Shown here: piece by piece, positions 1 through 11,441 of the stretch
Position numbering within the stretch: the first letter of the stretch is position 1
Layout: each line of letters opens with the position of its first letter
NCBI RefSeq assembly: GCF_964204645.1
Contig: NC_134036.1
Location: 8,969,859-9,033,858 of the forward strand
From: Tubulanus polymorphus
Taxonomy: Eukaryota > Animalia > Nemertea
DNA length: 64,000 bases
Direction: 5' to 3'
Notes under the pieces: model-generated
Database searches by the model: none
What the model was told of the DNA's origin: nothing
What the model saw: the letters and a program-made list of their open reading frames with translations, nothing else
Position numbers and translations under genes: made by a program

Positions 1-44
1 ACGTTCAGTAGAGATCGGTATTGCACCCCTAAATACGGCTTAAG

Positions 45-1992
45 TCAGTCAAAGTGAACGATCTTTGGAGCGCTGGACAGCTTGTCCCGCACCTCATATA
101 GGGCATCTGAGAGTCGTTCCATTACTGTATACGGCCCAGTCCAGTTCAACTGGAGCTTGCGATTAGGATTTCCGTCGGTCAATTTGGGCTGATAGAGCCA
201 AACCCGGTCGCTGGCGTTGTACGGCTTCCCGTGACGTTTTTGGTCGTATAGTGCCTTCTGTCGCGATGTGTTCTTCAGGAGCGCCTTGCGGGCATCTCCG
301 TGTGCCGTTGTTATTCGGGTTCGTACGCTGGCCGTGTAGTCGCTGACGGAAGGATACCGATCTTTCGGAGGGAGTCCGACGATCAGATCTAGGGGTAGAT
401 CGATCTCCCTCAGAAGCATCAGGTAGTTTGGTGACGCTTCTGAAGTGGTGTGCCGGGCGGAACGACAGGCCATCGAGACGCAGGGAAGTTGTAAGTCCCA
501 ATCAAAAGGGTCGTCAGTTGTTGTTAGAGACAACATTGTTTTAAGGCTCCGATTGAAGCGTTCCACCATACCGTCGCTTTGGGGACGGTAGGGGCTGCAT
601 CTGGTTTGATGGATCCCCAGCAGGGTACAAATTTCGCGGAAGAGACGGGACTGGAAGTTTGAGCCTTGGTCTGAGTGTAGCTCCCTCGGAACTCCGAAAC
701 GGCTGAAGAATTCGGTCACAAGTTTGTCAGCTACCGTCTTGGCCTCGATGTCCGGTACAGCGTAACATTCTACCCATTTCGTGAAGTAGTCCATTATGAC
801 TATAATGTATTGGTTCCCTGCCGTGGTTTCCTGCAGAGGGCCCATGATATCGACCGCTACTCTTTCCATGGGGGATCCAACATTGTATGACTGTAGCTCC
901 GCCAGATATCTTTTCGGCGGCGGTTTCTTCCGGGGACACACCTCGCATTGTTTCACCCACAGATCGATGTCGTCACGCATCTCTGGCCAAAAATACCGTC
1001 GCTGCACCTTGGAAAGTGTTTTCTCGATGCCTTTGTGACCCCCGACACGACCAGAATGAAGTTGGTCGAATACGATCCGACGGAGTGGTGGGGGAACGAC
1101 CAGTTGGGAAAACCCGCCTCGGTGAGGTCTACATTCGCGGAAAAGTATACCATCCTTGATCTGAAGTAAGTCCCACTCAGACCAATAGCGTTTCGCTTGA
1201 TTGCTTTTTGGTGCTACATCTTGCCACTGGAGCCTTGATTTTCCTTCGCGTTGAAGTTCAATGAGCCACCTCAGATCTTCGTCCTCAAATTGGGCTGTCT
1301 TAAGCTCTGTCAGGTCCCAAGGCTCGGGGATTTCGCCGAATGTCGGGTTAGTCACTCGGATATGCCGATGCTGCGGTGAACAAGCAACCTGTAGTTTGGT
1401 GTCGGTCGAGTCGTCTTCCGAATCGAATCCTCCGTGCTGGACCACGAGGAGGTAACCAATTTTGTCGCACTGTCGACAGGGAATGCGAGACAGTCCGTCT
1501 GCGTTTCCGTGATGTGTTCCCTTGCGGTATTCGATCTGGAAATGGAATGACGACAAAGACTCAAGCCAGCGAGCAATTTGTCCTTCAGGTTCCTTGAGGC
1601 TCATCAGCCACCGTAGGGCGCTATGGTCGGTCCGTATCAGGAAGTTCTGGCCGGTCAGAAAGTGTTTGTAGTACTTAACGAAGTACACTACTGCCAGCAA
1701 CTCTCTGCGTGTTACGCAGTAGTTCTGTTCGGCCCTATTAAGCGTCCGACTTCCGTAGGCAATTGGTTTTTCTTCGCCCTCCTGTACTTGGCTTAAGACG
1801 CCGCCAATGGCAAAAGCACTCGCGTCGCAGTCTAGGACGTATGGGTCAGTAGCGCTCGGGTAAGCTAGTATTGGTGCACTAGTCAACCTGTCTTTCAAAT
1901 TGCGAAACGCCGACTCGTGTTCCTCCGTCCAAACAAATCTCTGGTCTTTAGCAGTCAGATGATGAAGGCTGCTGGCTATTTTTGCAAAGCAG
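45..1992 (-). mobile_element. pol: Ty3/Gypsy LTR-retrotransposon pol fragment (RT connection, RNase H, integrase Zn-binding and core, GPY/F)
   Basis: 617-aa ORF with LDCDAS...AYGSR...NYCVTRRELLA (RNase H), H-H-C-C integrase motif, VAVDIMGP/HSDQG/VERFNR (D,D,E) and WTGPY. The frame continues upstream to ~1992 (HHLTAKDQRFVWTEEHESAF), then homology stops. The stop at 45 interrupts the usual HFDRLKPY motif. Confidence 0.93.
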
Positions 1993-2196
1993 ATAAGTAC
2001 ATGTTAAAATAATAATCATTATTATTATTTTCGCAAGAACACTATATATTTGGAAAAGGCTATGACTGAAGTGATTAACCATCGAGTATTTAAATTCAGT
2101 TCAAATGGAATGGCAGCAGTACATTATGGAAAATCGATCGATAAAATTTTGACTACAAATACGTCGCCGTCCAGACTTGGAATTAACCAGTGGTAG

Positions 2197-2406
2197 TCAC
2201 AGGGACAGTTTTTTAACGTTTTTGTTCTTACGCCATTTTTTTAATTTGACACGACACATATTACAGATATATATCGGGTACTGTTCAGTATCATCATCAA
2301 AATCAATGTTAAACAACTACTTCACATGGCTTTTGAAATTATTTTTATCGATAGGACGACGATCCGGAGGTTTTGCATTTTTTCCACACAATCGACAAAG
2401 ATCCAT
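2197..2406 (-). pseudogene. Small C4 zinc-binding domain ORF (ZAD/Chapa-like) with one internal stop
   Basis: Manual translation: MDLCRLCGKNAKPPDRRPIDKNNFKSHVK*LFNIDFDDDTEQYPIYICNMCRVKLKKW. Confidence 0.45.
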
Positions 2407-2959
2407 GACTAAAACAAGAAAAGGTTAATTAAATGAGATTGCTGATGCTATTTAGGCAACTTGGTTTATATGGGGGACAATAACTTGTAGGCCTAATGTA
2501 AGCGTTATTAAGTAACATTATTATGTAGTAAATACACATTTTAAAGATCATACTTCGTGTATATGTTTGTGTCGTAACATAGCAACATGACGTCAGAAAC
2601 GAAAGCTGCGCGAGTCTGGGCCGAAATATTTGACATCTTCAAGTCCCAAATAACGCTAAACCCGGAATCGGAACGAATTGGCAAAAACATATGTTTAACC
2701 CATAAAAACAGACTTTAATCACAATATAAATACTTAATGTTCCGATACCGGGTTTCGGAGATATAGAAGAATAAAAATACATACCTTTTGGACAAATTTT
2801 ACGAGAAATTGTTGAATTTCAACCGATTTTCTAAAGAAAAATATGTGTATACACAGCTACTTCCACGTTGTTCAATGAACTGCAGTGCGCATGCGTAGTA
2901 TCGATCGCAGAACATTTATCGGGCTAAAACTATTGCGGGTTGATCTGCGACCGAATCAA

Positions 2960-4075
2960 AGTTGATGTTGACTGGTGTTCAGCTGGTAACACACACTCGA
3001 TAAGCGTAGCTTACTGCTGTTGCGGTAACCTTTGATGTACGGGCTGAATTGAATAGCCTACATCCGGCAATTAAAAGCGTCCGTATTCCATCTCATCACA
3101 CTTCCCTGATTTCACCTAGTATAGGAATGGCGTCGTCGTCATTTTCGTCACCTGAGGTTTCTTGACGTAATGCAACTTTCTGCGATTTCTTCCTTGGTAC
3201 AGTCTTGCCTTTCACTAACGACTTACCCCGCTTCTTTTACCGTTCTTCCGCGTTTTTTCTGGATCCGATTCGTCGTCATTTTCGTCACCGGAGGTTTCCT
3301 GACGTGACGTCTTCCTTTGTACAGTCTTGCCTTTCGCTAACGACTTACCGCGTTTCTTTTTTCGTTCGACTGAATGCGATTCGCAACTGTCTGTTGATGT
3401 GATCTCATCCGGAGTGGTTTTCTTCGGCGTAGAGTGCCGCCGTGAATCGTCTGAACTGTCAGACTCCGATGAAGATGACGAAACTATGGAGAAACCTATT
3501 ACACTTCAAATCCTAGCCAGTTGCAAAAGTAAGAGCAAAATGATAGAGTTAGAACCCTGACCTCGCTCACACTTTGTGTGGAATTCTAACCGTCGATAAT
3601 AAAAACTACAACGCTTGCATTTGCGCATTTTTCTTCTTTTCCTGCCTTCTTTCAATGTCCTTTTGGCATCCCAGCCTTCACTGTGCTTACATTACCGACT
3701 CCAGTTCCTTGCCGTCGTTCTCTTTCACTTGTGCTTCACCCTCAGATGTTCTGGCATGTGTGTAATGAGTCTCCTGCAGACGGGACAGGGGTGCTGAAAT
3801 AAATGTTTATGAAACATTGTAACAATAAAAGGGCATGATAAAGGTGAACACATACTTTTCCCGGTGCTCTTTTTTTCGCTTCTTTTTCTGAAGTGGCGAG
3901 TTGTCACTCGATTCGTCGGCACTTCCCGGAGCTGGTTCCGTCTGTGGTTCTTCTCTTCGGATTGCTTCTGTGGTGCTTCTTTTTGGGTTTCCTGTGGTGT
4001 TTCTGTTATGGTTTCAACTTCGTCCTGTGGTGCTGATTGTCTTTTCTCTGGAGTTAGCTTAGTCGGGATCGACTG
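2960..4075 (-). pseudogene. Decayed low-complexity protein gene with a C2H2 zinc finger and an internal duplication
   Basis: CPVCRRLITHMPEHLRVKH finger in ORF 3725..3922; charged and Ser-rich tracts; duplicated segments near 3135/3272 and 3197/3319; several stops. Confidence 0.4.
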
Positions 4076-6294
4076 ACTATTCGTCAGTAACGAAGTATTC
4101 CCGAATTTCTCGTCGAGATCGTGTATGTACTGGTGGTTTATCTCTACAATGAGGAGAATTGTTTAAGTATTGTACAAAAATCAAACCACATTCACAAGAT
4201 GTAAAGCAATACATACCGATCAAAGAACCAGCGACCAGTTTGTCTTTCATGCGCTCCATCACTGAAACGATTGTGAAATGTTATTTTGCCGGGCCATTAC
4301 CGACTTTTTGGAACATCGCTATGTGCGCATGTGCAACAATCCAATAATAAAATTTGGCTCCGCGTCATTGAAAATGCTATAGTCCTTGTGAACAAAATTA
4401 AAGTAGATGAAAATTGATTAAAAAATCGTCGTAGTGCTGATAGATTCATGTTGTGGCTGTCTTTCTGCGTCGGATGGACTAATTTTGAAGAATATCTAAC
4501 GCATTCTACACTTTTACTTTTGATTATGAAAAAAAGGACAGAAATCCTTTCACATTTGCAAGAAACCCATGAAATTTCATGCTTTCGGTACGATTTCCAA
4601 GCGTTATTGAAAGACAATAGAGTATGATAGAGTTAAAGTGCTTATAGATTCTGTAAATATAAGATATTTTTTACCAATCCCCGCTGAAATTGAGAAAATC
4701 AAGATAATTTTCATCATTTACATTTAACCGTGAACTTTAGACAAATTTGAGAGTTGGCCCGAGGATAGCACGCGCTGTATTATATATAATCTACTCAAAG
4801 ACTCTTATATGAATGAAAACTTCAGAACATTTCCAACAAGTTTCTCGCTGGTTGTGATGGTCTATCTTGAAAAATAAAAAAAGTTCTACACTGGTGAATA
4901 TTTTCAAGTCACGTTTTTTTCTAAAAAGTGACTTAAAAAACAATCACTCTAATTTGAAAATAACGGACCATTGTTGCTATGCTACAAGGTCCGCAACAAT
5001 TGAAAACAAATCAATGGCAGTCCGTGCAGCGGCCAGATATTACACTATTATGACCGAAATAGTTGGTAATGGAAAAAACAGTACAATGAAGTTTCACTTT
5101 GCTTTCAACTTATACTCACAGTCTTCATTATCATCATTGTAATATCTTTCCAATTTGGCTAGAGCGCTGGGAATTTTAGGTTTTATATCCGTTATTGAAA
5201 ATTAAGTGTTATAGTGTATTGCAGTTAAATGTTATAAGTAATGCGTGCCCAAATGCCATGAATCTATTGTCTATAGCCCCAATGGTCTCTGGACCCACTG
5301 AATTGGGTTGCTAGCATCGATAAAACCTTCGTATGCAAATGTTTATCGACTCACGAAGGTACGTCTAAAATCAAATGCAACCAAGTCGAACAATATGACG
5401 TAGTGCGCGCCTATTGGTTCATTCAATTGTTGCGCTAAAAATAACCGCGCACCTGCACAGCGCGACTTGCTGCATGCTGACTGAATACGGCACGGAACCC
5501 GGACTAATGTCACGTTTTTAGGTACAGAATAAATGGGATTCGAACCGAAACCTAAATAAAACGAAAATAAACGTCTTTTAGCGTTTAGCTATGTTGCAAC
5601 ATTCTTCCTTTTTGACCTTATTGCGAGCAGACGGTTAGTCTAAAAACCCGGAAATGTATCGAACATTTTCGATTTTTACGGCCTCAAAAACCTCTCGATT
5701 TCGAAGGAATCCAAGGTAGATCACAAGCTATCATTAAATGAAAACATAGTTGGCTGATGAAGCACTCGATAACGATTGAAACGATGTGTCATATACCTAT
5801 ATTCCTTCGGGATTGAAATGAGTAATCATCGATCTTCGTTGTTGGTAACACCCACGACATTTATCGCTGATTTGGATTTTGTTTGAATTGTGTTAGATTT
5901 CACACACTAGCTACTCAAATACGACAAATTTTATGTTAAATATGAAAACATACGTAACTAGCATTTTTTCTGCTTTAAATTTTGATGTATAATTCATCTA
6001 TTCACCTCAAGAGTATACAATTGAAGTCGTGTCATCCGTGGCGCTGACCGTCGTAGATGGTGTGATGAAGGCCTAATATATAACAGTTAGTGGCTACTCA
6101 CAAAATACTTGAGCCTAACCTAAAAAATATGAACGCTTAAAATACTGATTTTAAGTCAACGAATAGGCCTATATTCATTGAACTTGTCTTTGGGAAGTGA
6201 ATTAGGCCTAGATGTGGTTATCAAGCACGCAGGCCTAGTACTAAGGCTAGGTTGCCTGAGCCGTATAGGCCCCCAATCTAATGGCTCCGTCCCT

Positions 6295-7345
6295 GCCTGA
6301 AAGTATTAGACCGGCCAGTATAATGAGACAATATCTTCATATTTTAGGGTCGTGTTGTAGCTGATTGTCGCTGCTCGTGGATCCCGCCGTTTAATTTGCA
6401 CCTGTGGTGCTCGCGGTAAGTTACACATTGCTCCCCCCCCCTAAATATGTGGATCCATGCCTGAAAGTATTAGACCGGCCAGTATAATGAGACAATATCT
6501 TCATATTTTAGTGTCGTGTCATAGTCGATTGGTCTCTGTCCGTGGATCCAGCCATTTTTCTCGCACCTGTGGTGCTCGCTGTAAGTTTCACAGTGCTCCT
6601 CTCCGTATATTATAAACAAAAACACCTCTAATAAGATCTTTTTTTTAGGGTCAAATCGTCTGTTCAGTTGCTTTTCCTGAGGGTCCCGCTGTTTATGTAG
6701 CACTGTGGTGCTCGCGGTAAGTTTACACATTGCCCCCACCCTTAATATGTGGATTAAGCGCTTACATGCCTGATATTATAGGAATAAAAACACCTCTAAC
6801 AAGACTGTTATTTGTTTTTTAGGGTCACTTCGCCTGTTCAGTCGCTGATCTCTTGGATCCTTTTCGTATTCAGTCGATTATTTCTCATTTTTACCCTTAT
6901 AACATGACAGTCTTTTCTTTTTAGAGTCAATTCATAGGCTTTGCTGTTAGCTCCGCGGATCCCGCCGTTTAATTTGCACCTGTGGTGCTCGCGGTAAGTT
7001 ACACATTGCTCCCCCTAAATATGTGGATCCATGCCTGAAAGTATTAGACCGGCCAGTATAATGAGACAATATCTTCATATTTTAGGGTCGTGTTGTAGCT
7101 GATTGTCGCTGCTCGTGGATCCCGCCGTTTAATTTGCACCTGTGGTGCTCGCGGTAAGTTACACATTGCTCCCCCCCTAAATATGTGGATCCATGCCTGA
7201 TAAGTATTAGACCGGCCAGTATAATGAGACAATATCTTCATATTTTAGGGTCGTGTTGTAGCTGATTGTCGCTGCTCGTGGATCCCGTAGTTTATTTGGC
7301 ACCTGTGGTGGTCGCGGTAAGATAAACATTGCTCCTCCCCCCTAA
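6295..7345. repeat. Tandem satellite, ~162-164 bp unit, with a degenerate middle
   Basis: Unit start gcctga(t)aagtattagaccggccagtataatgagac recurs at 6295, 6459, 7033 and 7195; the sub-motif ctgtggtgctcgcggtaag recurs in between. Confidence 0.9.
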
Positions 7346-7393
7346 AAAATTTGCCTGCAATGCACCGAAAACCAGTTTTTTATATTTTTTCAG

Positions 7394-7671
7394 GACCAGT
7401 TTTTGTCATGAAGATGTTTCCTTAAGATCTTCAGATATCTATATCTATCAGACAACAAAAGTAAGTAGCTTCGGCAATTATTTAGTGCGATACATGTATC
7501 AAGAATCACTTATGCAACTGCTTTCTAATCATTGTCATGTTTTCATTGTGTAGATGGCTAGCACACCAACTATAGGCTCCAAGGGAAAATCAGGAAAAAG
7601 GAAATTGTATTTCGGTTCTCGATCTAAGTCAGCAAAGTGCAAAGTTAAAGTGGCTAAAATGTTATCTGCAC
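7394..7671 (+). other. Two candidate spliced exons (7394-7460 and 7554-7671) around a 93-nt GT-AG intron
   Basis: tttttcag acceptor at 7393; gtaagt donors at 7461 and 7672; ctaat branch site ~7525; tgtgtag acceptor at 7553. The second exon reads MASTPTIGSKGKSGKRKLYFGSRSKSAKCKVKVAKMLSA. Confidence 0.5.
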
Positions 7672-7795
7672 GTAAGTCTCTTATCAATTTATATTGTCAA
7701 GTTTGTTGAAAATAATTTTCTGATGGAACAGCTCTTTGAATATGATGCTGTCAGTTGTTATTTTATTTACGAATTCTTACTTCATCGTCGTTATA

Positions 7796-7939
7796 CAGTC
7801 AAATTCGCTTAAGCTGGGACTATCACTAAATTGTCAATGACTATGCACGTACTAGAATTAAAAATACAAATATTGACAAAAAAATAGTGACGACATTAGT
7901 AAGGTGACGACTTATATCCGATGACAACGAGTTCGACTG
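7796..7939. mobile_element. Tc1/mariner (pogo/Tigger-like) MITE
   Basis: Imperfect TIRs cagtcaaattcg / cgagttcgactg, flanked by TA on both sides. Confidence 0.55.
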
Positions 7940-8084
7940 TACATTATTAATCAAATATGGCAAAATGAAGGTACAGGCCTAAATTGGTAAGTTAGTTCTG
8001 TATACTACACAGACGTTAATTTTAATTTCATTGAAAACAACACAAGTTCTGTCCATTCTGCTTTACATGTTTATAACACAAAAT

Positions 8085-9372
8085 ATAATAAGTTAACTAA
8101 ATCAAAACCAATTGATGAAAATAATTTATCATATTATAAAGATGATAGTATAAATGGAACAAGTTATATTAAACTACCATTTAAAACTAATGCTGTAATA
8201 AATGTACAAAATTTTGATAATAAATGTTTTCTATGGGCTATAATAAGTTGTTTACATCCTGCAACTTATAATATTTGTAGATTAACTCATTATAAACCAT
8301 TTGAAAATAATTATAAGATAGATAAGTATCCTGTTATAATTAGAAACATCCCAAAAATAGAAAGAGATAATAATATAAAGATAAATGTATTTGATTTAAT
8401 CAAATTGCCAAATACAAAAGGTAACAATATAAAACATTATACATTAGAACCTTTATACCTATCAAAAGATTATGATTCAAATAATGTTATAGATATACTA
8501 TATTATGAGAATCATTATATGTGGATTAAACAAATCGATTTATTTTTTAAATCAGAAAATGATCACCATAAAATATATCTTTGTAGAAAATGTTTACATA
8601 GATTCAGTAATGAAAGTACATTATTAAATCATAAACAATTATGTGAAAATCATGATTATTGTAAATTAGTTTTACCAAATGAAAAAGATAAAATATTAGA
8701 ATTCAAAAAATATGATTACAAAAATAAAGTACCATTTGTTATATATCGAGATTTTGAATCATTAAATAAAGAATTAACTGATCAAGATAGAAAAGAAATA
8801 TATTATTAAAGAAAGAAATTAATGATTTTTCAGATGAACCACCAAAAACAAATACTATTAAAAAGATTCATCAATCAGCTGCTGCTTTCGGGTTATATAT
8901 TAAATCTGATTATCCAGAACTAATTGAAAGTGAATATTATGATTATAGAAATGAAAATGTTATCAATCATTTTTGTGACTTATTAATTGAATATGAAATA
9001 AGATTTAGTAAATTATTGAATACAAATAAAGAAATAATTATGACAGAAGAAGATAAAGAAGAATTTGCGTTTGCAGATAAATGTTATTATTGTGAAAACA
9101 TATTTAATTATAAAGATAAAAAAGTAAGAGACCATGATCATTTGAATGGAAAGTTTAGAGGCGCTGCACATGAGAATTGTAACTTACAAGCTAAGAAAAT
9201 TAACTTTGTACCAGTTATATTTCATAATCTATCAGGATATGATGCACATTTATTTATCAAACAGTTATAGCAACATACAGTTGCTTATGGTTGAAATTTA
9301 GATGAATACTTAAAATTTAAAAGAGAAGAAACAAAAGAGAACGAGATAATGAAAAGAATTCTAACGTGTTAA
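8085..9372 (+). pseudogene. polB: Protein-primed family B DNA polymerase: N-terminal part joined to the extreme C-terminus (centre deleted)
   Basis: GTSYIKLP..AVINVQN.DNKCFLWA, CRKCLHRF, VPFVIYRDFES, VRDHDHLNGKFRGAAHENCNL, IFHNLSGYDAHL. At ~9275 it jumps to TVAYG, matching the PolB tail at 62451-62550. Internal stop at 8809. Confidence 0.9.
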
Positions 9373-9401
9373 TCAAATTTTAATAAAAATATGTTATTAA
9401 A

Positions 9402-9754
9402 ATGGAGAGTAAACAAGCAAACAGTGAGAAAAACAAATCATTTCTAGATAGAATTAAAGATACTACAAATGTAAAATTGTAGATTATAAATTCAAAAAGT
9501 TAACAGAATTAACAATTCATAAGAAATATCTAATTACAAATATTGATACAGTTACTAATAACTATGGAGATAAATTAGTTATACACTTAGAATATGAAGG
9601 ATAAAAAGGAAATACATATAAATTCAGAACATATTTACCAGATAGATTTCATAGATTATCAAGTGAAGACTTAGAAGAATTATGTTCTGGAGATTTCTAT
9701 TTCGTATACAAAGGTAAGAATGAAAAAGGACACCATGAAATAGATTTCGAATAA
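9402..9754 (+). pseudogene. Frameshifted copy of the 117-aa viral protein at 62068..62421
   Basis: Near-identical DNA (MESKQANSE...GHHE); frameshift near 9478. Confidence 0.8.
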
Positions 9755-9768
9755 AATATGTAAAATAA

Positions 9769-10160
9769 ATGGTAGAATTAAAAGAATACAGAATATTTGT
9801 AGATTCTAGAAAACTTACAAATTATAAATCACATAATTTATTAGTACAATTAGATAGAGAATTCAAGAATTGTGTAGATTTAAATTTAGTTAATATAAGT
9901 TTATGTAATTCTTTTTATAATATATCGAATAAAACTATTGAACATAGAGCCTTTTTAGTTTTTAATAGACACATAGATTCATGGGTCTATATATATTTAA
10001 AACCAGGGGTATATAATTTAGATACATTAGCACAAGAAATTAATAGAAAAGCCTGGCACAAATTAGGTAGTAGTTCTGGGTTTAGTATTAGATTTTTAAA
10101 AAGTGAGAGTTCTGATAGAATAAAGATAAGGTTGTAATAGTGAAAAACATAAATTTATGG
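9769..10160 (+). pseudogene. Minor capsid (penton-like) protein, N-terminal half
   Basis: IFVDSR...CNSFYNI...GVYNLDTLAQEIN, typical of Polinton/virophage minor capsid proteins; truncated by a stop and a rearrangement. Confidence 0.7.
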
Positions 10161-10301
10161 TAAATCTATTGCTGGAATATTATATTTAATTGATTTATTA
10201 TATTGGAAAGCTTTTGGAAAACTATCTACCATTTATATAATTAAAAAATTAATAATTTATTAATTCTTTTAATAATTTATCTTGTTCTTCAACTGTTATA
10301 A

Positions 10302-10523
10302 ACGAGTGATAATAAGTGGATAATAACTGGATTATATAATGGCGCATTACTATCAGTTGGAACTGTTGGTTATTCAATGGTATTAAAAAAAGTATTTAAA
10401 ATGGGAAGTGTTAATGTTGATAGATTTGATATAAATGATATTTTAAAATTAACGTTAGCAGTTACTTTATCTAATTTAACAATTGATAATTTGGAAAAAC
10501 CAAAATATATTCCTCCCATATAA
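10302..10523 (+). pseudogene. Small viral membrane protein (73 aa; start mutated ATG>ACG)
   Basis: Open frame xSDNKWIITGLYNGALLSVGTVGYSMVLKKVFKMG...KYIPPI; the homologue at 54306..54526 keeps TAAATG but is disrupted. Missing from the ORF track. Confidence 0.65.
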
Positions 10524-10547
10524 ATGCATAATTTTTTTGCTAAATAA

Positions 10548-10970
10548 ATGGCTTCTGCAATTATAACTATTATAGGATCAGCAATTGTTAACGCTTTGGC
10601 ATTTACTGGTGGTGGATATTTATTTAAACATATTGATAAAAATAGTTCATTAGGAGAACAAAGAAGACATAACTTAGCGTTAGAGAAATACAATAAAGCT
10701 GCAGAAGAATATAGAGAAAAGAGACAAAACTATATGGATTACATCAATAAAGAATTATATGATCAGAAGATTTCACATAGAGATTTTCAATCAGTTGATG
10801 ATGCAATGAGTTTATATAACGCGGTAGCCAATAAAGAAAAATTACATCTATACAAACCTAAATTATCAGATTATTATACCCCAAGTAAAGAACAACAGAA
10901 ATATGAAATAATATGGATTTTAGGTGGAACTGTTATTGTTATATTTGTAGCATATAAATTTACTAATTAG
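10548..10970 (+). CDS. Viral protein with N- and C-terminal hydrophobic helices and a central coiled coil
   Basis: 140-aa ORF (IIGSAIVNALAFTGGGYLF...RHNLALEK); second copy at 53873..54281. Confidence 0.8.
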   Translation: MASAIITIIGSAIVNALAFTGGGYLFKHIDKNSSLGEQRRHNLALEKYNKAAEEYREKRQNYMDYINKELYDQKISHRDFQSVDDAMSLYNAVANKEKLHLYKPKLSDYYTPSKEQQKYEIIWILGGTVIVIFVAYKFTN

Positions 10971-10990
10971 TAATTTTTTTTGCTAAATAA

Positions 10991-11425
10991 ATGGAAGATA
11001 AAGTTGATAGTATTGATATTATTCCTCATGATATAAATAAAACTAAATTAAAAACATATTTAGAAAAACAAATATTAGAATTTGAAAGTGACTTAAAGAT
11101 AAAAAAGACAAAATATCTAAAAAGTAAAATTATATATTATTTGATTATAAGTGGTTCGGTTACAATTAGTTCTGTAATAACATTTTTAGCAATATTCAGT
11201 CCATTAACACCTTTAGCTATATCAATTGGTGTATTAGGATTAAGTTCAAGTGTTTTACCTGGTATAAGTTCAAAATTAAATATAAAAAGTAATAAAGAAA
11301 AAATTAAAACTAATATAAAAGAAATTAATAAATTAAAGAACACACTAGATTATATAATAAGTTTAAATGGCCATATAACAGTTGAAGAACAAGATAAATT
11401 ATTAAAAGAATTAATAAATTATTAA
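10991..11425 (+). CDS. Viral two-TM coiled-coil protein (resembles the adintovirus gasderminX-type membrane protein)
   Basis: 144 aa with two central hydrophobic helices and a C-terminal GHITVEEQDKLLKE motif; family label from memory only. Confidence 0.6.
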   Translation: MEDKVDSIDIIPHDINKTKLKTYLEKQILEFESDLKIKKTKYLKSKIIYYLIISGSVTISSVITFLAIFSPLTPLAISIGVLGLSSSVLPGISSKLNIKSNKEKIKTNIKEINKLKNTLDYIISLNGHITVEEQDKLLKELINY

Positions 11426-11441
11426 TTTTTTAATTATATAA

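Noticed and set aside
163-1597. Short overlapping ORFs within Gypsy pol
   Set aside because: Alternative-frame and antisense shadows of a GC-richer coding region, with no motifs.
2197-2406. RAG1 or Transib/Chapaev transposase
   Set aside because: Only a short generic C4 zinc domain; no catalytic core or matching TIRs seen.
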